From NCBI RefSeq assembly GCF_009914755.1, contig NC_060935.1: a DNA stretch of 64,000 nucleotides; one strand, given 5' to 3'. Position 1 is the first letter of the stretch. Each line of letters starts with the position of its first letter. Origin of the DNA: the human T2T-CHM13v2.0 reference genome, Homo sapiens. Of this stretch, positions 19,505-32,700 are shown one piece after another. The notes below the pieces were generated by a model. That model made no database searches. It worked only from the letters and a program-made list of their open reading frames with translations, and had not been told where the DNA came from. Made by a program: the position numbers and the translations under genes.

Positions 19505-21380
19505 AGTTAGGTCTTTTGTTTTTTTTCTGATTTGGCTAGTGTATACTTTTTAATTAGATAATTTAATTCATTTACATTCAAGCTTACTATTGGTAAGTGA
19601 GGACTTCTGTCATTTTGTCAATTGCTTTCTGGTTGTTTTGTAGTTGTTTTGTATACCCTTTTTAACTTTTTTCCTCTCATTATTTATCTTTGCAGTTTAG
19701 TGTTTTTCTGTATTGATAAGGTTTGATTCCTTTCTCCTTCTGCTCTTTCTGTGAGTTTTATACTTTCATGTGTTTTCATGATGGTAGTTATTGTCCTTTC
19801 ACTTCCAGATGTAGGACTCCTTAAGTATCTCTTGTAAGGCCAGCCTGGTGTTGATGAATTTCCTCAGTCTTTCCTTTCTTGAAAATATTTTATTTCTCTA
19901 TCATTTCTGAAGCAAAGCTTTTCTGGGTATAGTATTCTTGGGTGGCAGGTTTTTTTTTTCTTTCAGCATTTTGAGTATATCATTTCATTTTCTCTTGGCC
20001 TGCAAGGTTTCTTCTGAGAAGTCTTCTGTTAGTGGAACGGGGATTCCCTTATATGTGACTTGACATATTCTCTTCCTGTTTTTAGAATTCTCTTTGACTT
20101 TTTAAAGTTTCACTAAAATGTGCTCCAGAGAGGATCGGTTGGGTTGAATTTATTTAGGGACTTTTAAACTTCCTGGATCTGGATGTTCATATCTCTCTCA
20201 AGACTTTGGAAATTTTCAGCTATTATTTCATTAAATAAGTTTTCTACACTTTCCCCCATCTCTTCTTCTTTAGCATCCATAGCATGTATATTTGTTCACT
20301 TAGCGGTGTCCCATAAGCCCTGGGAGTTTTCTTCACAAGTTCATAAATTCTTTCTTCTGCTTGATCTAATCTGTTGTTGAAGCTCTCACTTGTTTATTTG
20401 ATTTGATTTCATTCACTGAATTCTTTGCATCTATATTAGTCCATTCTCACGTTGCTATAAGGGCATACCTGAGACTGGATAATTTATAAGGGAAAGAGGT
20501 TTAATTGACTCACAGTTCCACAGGGCTGGGGAGGCCTCAGGAAACTTACAATCATGGCAGAAAGGGAAGAAAACACGTCCTGCTTCACATGGCGGCAGCA
20601 AGGAGAAGTGCAGAGTGAAGAGGAGGAAGCCCCTTATAAAACTATCTGATCTCATGATAATTCACTCACCATCATGAGAATAGTATGGAGGTAACCGCCC
20701 CTGTGATTCAATTATTTCCTACTGGGTCCCTCCCACAACATGCGGTGATTATGGGAATTACAAGTTCAAGATGAGATTTGGGTGGGGATATAGGCAAATT
20801 ATATCAGTATCCAATATTTCTTTTTCATTGTTTTTTATGACATCTATCTCTTTGTTAAATTTTTCACTCAGATCATGAATTATTTTCCTGATTTTGTTGA
20901 ATTATATATTTATATTTTCTTGTATCTCACTGAATTTCACGAAGATTAATATTTTGTTTTTTTTTACATTTCATAAATTTCATTTTTTGAGATCTGCTAA
21001 GGGAAAATTATTGTGTTCCTTTAGAAGTGTCATGTTTTGTTTTTGTTTTTTACTTTTTAATGTTTCTCATGCTGCTACATTATCAGTGCATCTGGTGGAA
21101 TAGTCACCTCTTTCAATTTACTGGAGTAGCTTTCATAAGGAAAGAATTATTACCATAGATGGGGCCTAGGATGTCAATTGGGCAGAGTGCATTGGCTTTT
21201 ATTCTGGGTAAGCACAGTAGTGTGTTTTAGCAGCTTCTTCAGCTATAATCCATATTAGTAGTGTTTGTGAGTGTCTCAGTGGGTTAGACTTTGGGAATTT
21301 GTAGTAGCAGAGGTGTGGCTTTGCTGGGGGTGGGCTCACTGGACTGGTTCTCAGGCCAAGGGTGTGCATGGGCATGCACT
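19505..21380 (-). mobile_element. Old L1M ORF1/5' region
   Basis: Antisense L1M ORF1-type sequence (GGATCTGGATGTTCATATCTCTCTCAAGACTTTGGAAATTTTCAGC). Confidence 0.7.
20432..20806 (-). mobile_element. THE1C/D solo LTR
   Basis: THE1 core sequence; TSD G(C/T)ATC at 20427-20431 and 20807-20811. Confidence 0.9.
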
Positions 21381-22719
21381 GCATCAGTAGCGTGGATACT
21401 TTTGGAGTAGTCATTTTGCACAAAATATTCTTTTCTACCAGGCCAGATTTCATTCAAACATGCATTGGCATCTAAGCCAAACTCAATTAATCAGAATCCT
21501 TCTCTGGGAATATTATTAGTGAAATACAATGTAGCCTAAAACACTTTACTATCTGAAGCCAAAAATATGAAAAAATATATACTGAGTAAAACTAAAATAT
21601 ATGAAGCTTGTATTTTGTACAAGGCCATGACCTGCCATATGAACTGAAGGAGTGGAGAAGAAAGAAAAGAAAGAAGCCCATGGATAAAGAGGAAGAAGGA
21701 TAAGAGAGAGAGAAAGGCCAATTCTCAGTTGGATGGTAGTTTTTTTTTTTTTAATGTAAAACATTCCCAGAACAGAAGTCTTTATTCCCTACCCCTAAAA
21801 TTGCTTTTTCCCAAATCTTCTCCAGTACCATCTGAGGTATCCAAAAATAAGTGTATTTTGCCTATACAAAATAAGCTTTTGTACAGGCAAAACATAATAA
21901 TTTCCCCAAATATGGGAGGAGTGATTTGTAGGAAATAAAATGAACAATAAAAAAGTAATCTGATTATTCATGATGTTTTGGAATGTTAATAATTGTAACC
22001 GCAGATAATCTCTAGGAGAGTCAGTATTGCTTAGCCAATGCAACACTTTTCTTTTATCTTTGATGGGCTCCTTTTAGTGAGGCAGGACTATGTGACTAGT
22101 TTTAACCAATGCACTGAAGCAGTAAATGTTCATGTGTGAATTTGTAGTTTTTTATCCTCTGCTCTGGTGATTGAGGAGATTGCATGTTCCGGACAGTATA
22201 GCTATTAAAATGGTGGGGCTTCTTTAATCCTGGGTGCCTGAATGGCTACATGAAGCAGATCCCCCTGTCAATTTGCCTGAGTCAAGCATTGTGAACAATA
22301 AATAACATATTTTTTTGGAGTCGATTGTTGCTGCAGAAAACCTAACCAATTCGGACTAATCCAAACTTACAAATTAATTTTCATCATCTTTAATTTTTAT
22401 AACAATTCTTTCAAGTAGGAAATATTGTTCTTTTTTGATTTGAGGAAACTGATGTTCTGAGAAGGTAGATTTTTTTTTTTTGTAGTTTACAGAGTTATTA
22501 AATAGCAGAGAGGATACAAGTCCACTTTTATTATAAATTCTATGCATTTCTGCATCTACACCCCTGGTTAACCAGATATTATCTTTAAGAAATTGTGTAG
22601 AGAAGGTAAGATAGACACTAATAATACTTTATTACTCAACCATTTGAGTTGCCATGACATGCAAATGAAATGACGACAATGCTCTGTAAGATTTATTCTG
22701 AAGCAGCAATTAATTTATA

Positions 22720-25190
22720 CCTTTATTGAGGTATAATTGATATACCAAAAACTGTACATATTTAATATATAAAATGTGATGAATTTGGTCATATGCTTAC
22801 ATATAAAACCACGACCAAAATCAAAATAACAAAAATATTCACCACCTTCAAAAGTTTCCTTTTGTCCCTTTTCCTTTTTTTGTGGGAAGAACAATTACAT
22901 GAGATCTACCCTCTTCATAAACTTTTAAGTTTACAAAACTTTATTGTTAACTATAGGCTCTAGGTTGTGCAGTAGATCTCTGGGACTTATTCATCTTTTT
23001 TAAGTGTAACTTCATATCCATTTTCCCTTCCCTTCATGCCTTGGCAACCACCATTGTATTTTCCGCTTCTATAAGTTTAAATATTTTAGATCCCTCATAA
23101 AAGTGGAATTATACAGTATTTTCTGTCTGTGACTTATTTGACTAAGCATATGTCTTCCAGGTTCATCATCTTGTAGCAAATGGTAAAATTTCCAGTTTAA
23201 GGCTGACTAATATTCTGTTTTTTGTCTATACCACATTTGGTTTACCCATTCTGTTGATGGATGCTTGGATTGTTTCCATATCTAGGCTGTTGTGAGTAAT
23301 GATGCAACGAATGTGGGAGTGCAGATCTTTCTTCGAGATCCTAATTTAAACTCTTTTGGATATATGTCCAGGAGTGGGACTGCTGGATCATTTGATAATT
23401 CTATTTTTAATTTTTTGAGGAAACTCTCTACTGTTTCCCATAGTGGCTGTACCATTTAACATCCCCACAAACATGTTCCACCCCCTTGGACACTGGAACA
23501 CATCCAAGGGTTCCAATTTTTGTACTTTCTCACCAACATTTGCTATCTTTTTTTTTTTTTTTAATAATGGTCTTCAAAATAGGTGTGAAGTGGTATCTCA
23601 TTGTAGTTTTGATTTGCATTTCCCTTATGATTTAGTGATGCTGAGCACCTTTTAATATACCTGTTGGCTGTTTGTAGGTCTTCTTTGTATAGATATATAT
23701 TCAGTTCCTTTGTCCATTTTTTAATTGTATTATTTATTTTATTACAATTGAGTTGCCGGAGTTCGATATATATTTTAGCAATTAACTTCTTATTAAACAG
23801 ATGGCTTGCAAATATTTTTTCCCATTCTTTGGGTAGCTTTTTCACTCTGATGATTGTTTCCTTTGCTGTGCTGAAGGTATTTGGTTTGATGTAGTTCCAC
23901 TCATCAATTTTGGATTTTTTTGTTTGTGTTTTTGGTGTCATTATCTATGAAATTACTGGCAAGACCAATGTCATGAAGCTTTTCTCCTATTTTGTTTAGG
24001 AGTTTTACAGTTTCAGGTCTTACATTTAAGTTTTTAATCTGTTTAGAGTTAATTTTTGTGTGTGCATAACATAGGGTCCAGTGTCATTCTTTTGCATAGT
24101 GACATGCAGTTTTCTTAACACCAGTTATCGAAGAGACTGTCTTTTCCCTCATTGTGTATTCTCGGCACCTTTGTCAAAGATCAGTTGACCATATATGTGA
24201 GAGTTTATTTCTGGGCTGCCTATTCTGTTCCATTGATGTATATGTCTATTTTTATGTCAGTACAATACTGTTTGAATTACTATATTTTGAAATCAGGAAA
24301 TGTGATGCCTCTGGCTTATTCTTCTTTATCAAGATTGCCTTAGCTATTCTAGGTATTTTATTGTTCCATATACAATTTCTATTTCTCTAAGAAATGCCAT
24401 TGGGATTTTGATGGGAATAGCATTAAATTTGTAGATTGCTTTGGATAAAATGAATATTTTAGTAATATTAAGTTTTCCAATTAATGAATGTGGGATGTCT
24501 TTCTTTTTTTTTTAAATTATACTTTACGTTCTAGGGTACATGTGCAGAATGTGCAGGTTTGTTATATATGTATACATGTGCCATGTTGGTTTGCTGCACC
24601 CATTAACTCGTCATTTACATTAGGTATTTCTCCTAATGCTATCCCTTCCCCATACCCCCACCCAATGACAGGCTCTGGGGTGTGATGTTCCCCACATTGT
24701 GTCCAAGTGTTCTTATTGTTCAATTCCCAGTATGAGTGAGAACATGCGGTGTTTGGTTTTCTGTCCTTGTGATAGTTTGCTCAGAATGATGGTTTCCAGC
24801 TTCATCCATGTACCTACAAAGGACATGAACTCATCCTTTTTTATGGCTGCATAGTATTCCATGGTGTATATGTGCCACATTTTCTTAATCCAGTCTATCA
24901 TTGATGGACATTTGGGTAGGTTCCAAGTCTTTGCTATTGTGAATAGTGCCGTAATAAACTTACGTGTGCATGTGTCTTTATGGTAGCATGATTTGTAATC
25001 CTTTGGGTATATACCTAGCAATGGGATCTCTGGGTCAGTTGGTATTTCTGGTTCTAGATCCTTGAGGAATCACCACACTGTCTTCCATAATGGTTGAACT
25101 AGTTTACACTCGAATGTGGGATGTCTTTCTATTTATTTGTCTCTTCTTTAATTTCTTTCATAAATGTATAGTAGTTTTCAGTGTACCAGA
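22720..25190 (-). mobile_element. L1MA/MB 3' portion with a nested younger L1PA
   Basis: ORF 23561..23941 (KIDEWNYIK...EWEKIFASH) is L1 ORF2. Confidence 0.85.
24505..25111 (-). mobile_element. 5'-truncated L1PA (PA5/6-like) 3' end
   Basis: ORF 24713..25021 is the L1 ORF2 C-terminus. Perfect 19-bp TSD GAATGTGGGATGTCTTTCT at 24486-24504 and 25112-25130. Confidence 0.95.
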
Positions 25191-26082
25191 AGCAGCAATA
25201 TAGAAGAGAGTATTAAATGAAGCATTATGACCCTGTCCTCAGGAGTTCACCATCTGATGTGGACAATAATTACTTCTATAATCATAGAGGCTATTTTTAC
25301 CTGAGAAAGTAGTATCAATTGAGACTACTTGCTACAGGTCTATCATTGTTGACTTTGCAGACCCTGGGAACAAGCCTGAGAGCAGTAATTGTCATGAGGC
25401 AGGCACTGTGTTTAGGAGGAGAAAAAAAGAAATTGGAGATTCAGAATCTAGAGAACTGTCACTTAAGAAGAAGATATTATAGTCCTGCAGATATTAGAAA
25501 CCATTTAGGAAGACATTAGAGGAAGAGTAGCCAAAAGAAAGCACCCTTTCCCTATCTATTCTAATTTTTTCTGATTAGAAATTTCACTGAGTTCATAGGT
25601 TCTTTTCATTCACTTTATAGTGAGTTGGTAGGTTATCCATACCACAAAAAACCCTTATTCTCCAATTAGTACAATTTATAGCTATAATTTTCTACAAAGA
25701 GTAAAGTCAGTGTCAATGAGCACAGTAACAGAAGAATAAGTAAGGGCAACTAAGAAACCCAAGCATGGCTGAGTTGGGGAGTGGGAGGTTGGATATGGTA
25801 ATCAGATCACTTATGACTATGCTACTTTTTATCTCTGTGATGCCAGAGAGTAGCCCTAGAATCCAGAAAGTTTGGGAGGGCTAAGGAGAGAGCGGGGAAG
25901 AAAAATGGAGGTAGAGGAAGTCATCCAAACCAACATCATGAAACTTGCATTTTCCTCTACAGGACAGGTAGTTCCTGCCCACTTACAGGCACTGAAGAAA
26001 ACTACCTACTGTACATTGTTGAGGGAAATCACCATCTGGTGATGATGCCCACCAGAATATGAAGACCTGGAGAAAAGATGGG

Positions 26083-27051
26083 TCATGATGAAGGACCCTC
26101 ATCAAAAGCTACATTCGTTGGAAATTGGAATTTACCAATGAGTTTTCCAAATGCAGCTTTTACATCTTTGTTCCTCAGACTGTAGATCAAGGGGTTCAAC
26201 ATAGGGATGATTACAGTGTAAAAGACAGACACTATCTTGTCTTCCTCTGAGGATTTGGCGGAGTTACTTCTCTGGTACATGAAGGCAAGTGTCCCAAAGA
26301 AGAGGACAACAGTGGTGAGATGGGAGGTGCAGGTGGAGAAGGTCTTGGCTTACCCACCTGCCGACTTCACCCTCAAAATGGCTCTGATAATGAGCATGTA
26401 GCAGATCAGGATAACCATGACATTGGCTAGGAACATGCATTTTGCACAAAGGAGAATGACAATCTCAGTTTGTGTCATGCTGCTGCAGGCGAGCTTCAGC
26501 AGGGGTGGGAGGTCACAGAAGAAGAAGTTGATCTGATTGTCACAACAGAAGGAGAGGGTGAAGGTGCACGTGGTATGCAGAATGGCCCCTGACACCCCAC
26601 AGATGAAGGCACTGGCCAAAAAGACCCTGCAGGTACCTGGAGTCATGGTCATGTTACAGTGCAGTGGATTGCTAATGGCAACAAAGCGGTCATAGGCCAT
26701 CACTGACAGCAGGTAACACTCTGTGCCTGCACATATGGTGAAGAAAGAGAACTGCACAGCACGGCAGCCATAGGAGATAACTGTCTTGTCTGTGGCCAGT
26801 GTGGCCAGAATCTGAGGGGTGATTACTGAGGCACAGCAGGCATCCAGGAAAGCAAGGTGGCTCAGGAAGAAGTACACGGGGGTGTGGAGTTGGGCATCCA
26901 CTTGGATTAGAATGATCATCCCCCCATTCCCCAGAAAAGTGACAAGATAGAAACTGAGAAACACTAGGAAGAGTGGAACTGCCAGTTCAGGGTGATCTGT
27001 GAAGACTACAAGAATGAACTCTGTCACAGTGCTGAGATTTCTTTTGGCCAT
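26083..27051 (-). pseudogene. OR9I3P: Olfactory receptor family 9I pseudogene; single in-frame premature TAA at codon 234 (26350-26352)
   Basis: ORF 26350..27051 (LHTPVYFFLSHL, MAYDRFVAI, FFCDLPPLLKLAC) continues in the same frame past the TAA into [11 protein letters not shown] and [16 protein letters not shown]. Symbol assigned from recalled gene order around OR9I1. Confidence 0.9.
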
Positions 27052-27073
27052 AGGCTCAATATAGCTGGTTCAC

Positions 27074-27095
27074 CTGAAGAAGATAATGAAATTGA
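27074..27095 (-). other. Probable 3' splice acceptor of the pseudogene coding exon, 22 nt upstream of the ATG
   Basis: Minus strand ATTTCATTATCTTCTTCAG|GTGAACC...ATG; homologous to the OR9I1 acceptor. Confidence 0.7.
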
Positions 27096-29395
27096 GATTC
27101 CAGAACTAAAGGTCTTTGCTTTCTTCAGCGTCAGATGTTAAGTAAATGTCCCAGCCTCTGCTCAGAGAGAAAAAAAGTATTTACCATCTTGAGTCCACAA
27201 CTGGCAGTTACTATGGAGAGCTTTTATCTCTCTCTGCATCCCACCTGAAATTGGACCTTGGTGCAGTTTTTCTTCAAATTCACTTGCTTATTGTCTGGGA
27301 TGTTTTCTTTAAGACCAGAGAATGTTAGACCATCAAGACTGGAAGGGACCAATATGGGGTCCCTCTGTGCTAGAATAATCTCCCCAAATTGTTATCTAGC
27401 TCAGGTGTGCATGAAGGCTGCCTCTATGTGGCTTCTTAGGCTGTGGCTGCATGACTCCAGGCAGGGCCATTCATACAGATGTCATGTGAATGGTGCCTCC
27501 AGGGTTGTCAGTGGCAGAGCTCTTTATGTGATGGAGGCTTTCTGTCCACTCTGCCTTTGGAAAATCTACTTGTTGAGTAAGCTAGATTGCTCTTTCTATA
27601 CCTCCTACACATTAGTATTATGCTTGGCTCTGTGTGTTGGGTAAAACCAACTCTCTTCTAAGACAGATAGTGGTAATGCCCACTTTTATATAGTTTCTTC
27701 TTCTCCAAGTCAAACATTCCCAGTTATCCCAACAATTCCTTGTGAGCACTTTCGTAATCTATTTTTGCTCTCCTATGAACTATGTCATCACCTGCCTTGA
27801 GTTTCTTTTCTTGAGGGACCATGAAAGACAGTGATTCTGTGAAACCATTAGGTTTATGGAGCCTTTATTCTGTGTTAGACATTTCCACATTAATTTAGTG
27901 ATTCCTCCCAATAATCCTGGAATAGCTCTTATGAGTTTCACTCTTGAAATGAATTATCTGAGGTTCAGGAAGTTAAGGTGACTTGTCAAAGAATAAATTG
28001 CAAGTGCTGAAGCCAAGATTTAAACCATTGTGTCATAACAGCAAGACATTTCTTGTTTTGCTATCCTACACTGGTCCTTCTCGACAGTACGCCTTCTACT
28101 TTAATTGTTACCTCTGTACTCTAGAGGTAGTTCATGGAAAGGGTTCATAGTGTTTGGTAAAATCAGTTTTCTATAGAAATCAGGCTGATTATTCCCTTTC
28201 TGGTAGTGGAAGTTCCTTTGTCAGCTACTGATTGTTCTGGACTGTGATCTCCAGGATGAAGTCCCTGGAGAGTGGGTGGAGTCGCCTCCATCAGCAATTG
28301 CAAGACTCACTGGGAGGCTGTCTGGAATCAGGTTTAGGGACTTGTTTGTGAAATATGGGGTCCTACCAGTCACAGAACTTCCACAGAATCCTTCAGGGCT
28401 GCCTGCTGATTTTGAGCCTAGGGATTTCATGGCTCATGAGGCAAACCCAAAGTTCTGGTATTCCAGACTTGGAAAGAATACCAGATTCACCAAATTCCTA
28501 ATAATTAACAACTCCACTAATGTGTGGAAATTGATGCATATAAAATCTACTGATTAGTGTTAGCATGGGCAAGGACAACCCTGGTTTCACCTATTGCTCC
28601 CACCTCCTTTAGCCTAATGGAGGTGGGTCTAATGGAAACTGAGAATGGAAGGGAGTCCTAGAGTACTGAATTTAAGGAGATGCTCAGGACCTTAAGAGCA
28701 GGAGTTTATGCATCTTTACTCCAGAGCACTGCTTTTACTGTGATTATTCTGTGCTTCAACTGTCTGCTCCTTTCTAATCCTCTGTCAAAGGAGTTTCCTA
28801 TTGTTTTAAAACTTTCTCTGCTTTCTCATGAATTTGACTTATACATTGCTGTGGCTCATCACCTCATGGAGGTCCATCGCCTTTAGTTCTGTTGAAATAG
28901 AAAAATTATTTCAGGGTTTCTTAATTCAAATCTCTTCAAAAGAGATTTTGATTTATCCAGCTGCTTTTTTGGAGTGGCCAGTACATAAATTAGAACGTTG
29001 AAGGTATGTAGCCATCCTACATATTAACTCTCTACTGTGTTCAAAGGGACCATACATGACACAAAACATGGCTCATGCCTTCAGCCTGGGTTGCAGTTGG
29101 GGCTGACACAATGGCATCTCTTCTGGACTTGTCCTTATTGTGACCATGACTCATTTTGGAACTTTCTAGTATAGACATCTTGAATTCTCACTCCAATCTA
29201 CTATCCTATTCTATGACTTAATAACTCTTCTTGAGGTAGCATTTTACATGATTATTTAGCCACAGAGTCCTTTTTGGGGGGGTGGGCATGGAAATTTTGA
29301 GGTATGTAATCTATGCTTCAGGACATGCTTGACTAGATGATCTTCCAGTACTGTTTCTGCTGTGTCTGTCTCTGAATCATAAGATTATAAATATG

Positions 29396-29723
<328 letters not shown>

Positions 29724-32700
29724 TTAGAAGATTACTTTAAGTGATTCAATATGGGAACTAAATAAACCACAGATTCAGATTTCTAAATAATCATATGCTT
29801 TACAAACTGATAGCTATGTCTCACTACCTATTAGGATTTATGTTGTTATGATTGGCCAACCACAGTACCTTTTTTTCCTAGAAGGGCCATACCTTTTAGT
29901 CCAGCCCTGGACATGTCCCGTTGGACTTGCATAACTTTGTTTATGCAGCCTGAGAATAGATGCTGTCATACTCTCTCTGATTGACCTCTTTTGCCTAGAG
30001 GGATGCATTCATCTGTCAGCTTTCTCCTGGAGAGTGGTAGCTACAACTTGCAATGTCCCAACCATGAACGTCAATGATTTTCTCAATGGGAAAACCTACA
30101 CAATAAGAACATTCCTGGAAACCCCAAGCTTATCCGTTAGTTTCTGTGCCCATATATGTCTGATGCCCTACATTTGGATGTGGCATTATGTCAGGCAAGC
30201 ATCTGAGTGACTTGTTTTTCCAGTGTTTAGGGATCACTCATTGTGCACATGGCTGTCAGAGTGGGCTCAGCAAATCCTGACACACTGGTAGTGGTGGCTC
30301 ACTATGCTTCTCTCAACACTTGTTGAAAATACCCACGATCACCCTCAGAGACCCAGGACTTATGGACACACAGAACCCTAGAGTTGGAGAGGACCTTGGT
30401 GATGTGGTTCTGTGGTTTTCTAGCTATGTTCCTCAGCCTCAGCTCTGGAAGAGCTGTCTCAAGGAGACACAGCAGTGGGATGTGAAGGGAAGGCTCAGCA
30501 GGTGGGTGCTGCCATTTCAGCCTCAGAATTCTTATAAACAATGAGGTGCTTCATTTCATTTTGCTTAGAAGCAGGGCTCTACTGTTAAAGAAAATTTTAA
30601 TGCACCTGGTCTACTATATTTTCTTCATTTTGCAAAAGAGAACAATGAAGTCCAGAGAAGTGACTTTCACCCAGTAAGTCAGAAAACATTCCCTCCCAAG
30701 TCAATCTTGATGGGACCTCAACACTAGTGTCCCATTTGGTGCCTCAGGAAAGGCAACAGATTCATGAAAGTACAAACCAGAACTAACAAGTCCAGGATGG
30801 GACCATGGGGGTGGGAGGACTGCTGCAGGACAGCCAGAGGCTAGGAGACACTTCCCAACTCATTACCCCCCTCATTGTACTCTCTCTTCCTGTAACAACC
30901 ATTTCCACATTATCTTCTCAAAAGGTTCTTGTTGCAAATAGCTTTCTTACAAATATCACCAGTGGGGACAACCTACTCAGAGCTGGCTAGCTCATTCGCA
31001 GTTCATGCTTTGAGCAGTTGGTGATGGTGTTGTATAGGGGGTTAATAATATAACTCTATGCCAACTATTGTCCCCTGCACTTGACATATTTGTTCCTGAT
31101 TATAGCCTCTGCAAAGTGTGCCTTTCTGTGCCTGTTTTATGGAAGACAGAACTGAAGGCTGGGGAAGATAAATAACTTATCTAAAAGGTCACACAGATAA
31201 TGTTTAAATTATGTTCAAAAATTGGAAAGCACATTGAATAGTCTCTGGAATGTATTTTATTTCCAAGCATAATATAATTATAGAATTTACATTACCTCAT
31301 AGGGAAAGAGCTGGTCCTTGTGCTCCTGTGAAGAGCTTCTGTGAAGAACTGTTAATATTTCTTCTGTTTCTGAGCAGGTCCAAGGAGAATGAGATTGCTG
31401 CTGTGAGAATCTGAAACCCACAAAAAATGCAATCACCAAATCTTCTTCTGGCCAATTTTATGCATATGCTAGAAACCCACCTTTGAACCCACCCCAGCAG
31501 GTAGCAGGGCCAACAGTACGCCTAGTTTTACACAGCATTGCTGGGTAAAATTCAGAGCCTTGGACCTCATAGGTCCTCCAGGTGCCCAGCTGTTTTGCCT
31601 TATTTCCCAAACAACCCAATTAAGACCATCTTGTTTCTGAATCACTGAATTTTCTGATCCAATTGTATCCTTGGGTGGTTTTATCATTTTGTCTACATCA
31701 CCTAAGATGATGCTTATGTATGAAATTGGTAATGATAAATGAAAGAGAGACTCTCTCCTTTTCTCTGCAAGTCACTGTGATGATTTACCTCCCCTTAGTG
31801 GGGGTTGTGTGAGCCCAGTCTTGCCTGCAAACCATAAATTAATGAGTATGACAGGGCTTCCAACTTCTGGGAGAAGCCTGTTACCTTCAGTTAGAGCTGA
31901 CTACAGGGATATTAAATCCTCCTTTCTCTTCATCTAGGTAGGCAAACATTGGGTCTGGGGATGAAAAGGCTCAGGAGGGTAAGTGGCAGACCCTGAATGA
32001 TATACTTTCCCATGCTTCTCTGTTGCTCTTTGGGGAATGAGCACTGTCACCTTCATGCCACTTCCTTCAGAGTTAGAAAGAAATGAGATGATCCAGATCT
32101 ATTAGATTGGTGCAAAATTAATTGTGGTTTAATACTTTGACACATTACAGATGAGGAAGCAGACCCAGAGGGGTTGTGTTGTATGTCTTGCTTGAGGTCA
32201 CACAGCTTCTCCAATGCCAGCTAGAGGTTGTGTGGGATGGTCAGAGTGGTGGTGAAGGCAGTCAGGAGGAGGAAACTGGGACTTCCGGCTGCAATGGGTT
32301 TGAGCAGGTTGGTCTCATCTATTAGCCTGGATTCTAGGAAGCCTGGCTGAACTCCTCATAGGCTTGCCTGTCCACATGGCTTACCTGTCTGTACTATTCT
32401 GTGCGGAGCCTTAAGCACCAGGCATTCTTCAGTTTAATCACCTGCCTTCTAAATGTTCCCTGGGATAAGCGTTCAGTTGTACAGGATATTTAACTTTGAC
32501 ATAAAGAAAAGCTGCTTTGAGAATTGAAACTTGAAAATAGCTAAGAGAGTAGTTTTAAATATTCTCACCACAAAAATATTTATCATAATTAACAATAACA
32601 TATGTATTGATATACGTATGCACTGTAGAACTGCTAAATCAAGCTAATTTACTTGCAATAACAAAAATGTTATTTATTGTGAGACTTTGGGTAAATAATT

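Noticed and set aside
27258-27644. 128-aa plus-strand ORF upstream of the OR pseudogene
   Set aside because: GTG start, no motifs, and a length compatible with chance.
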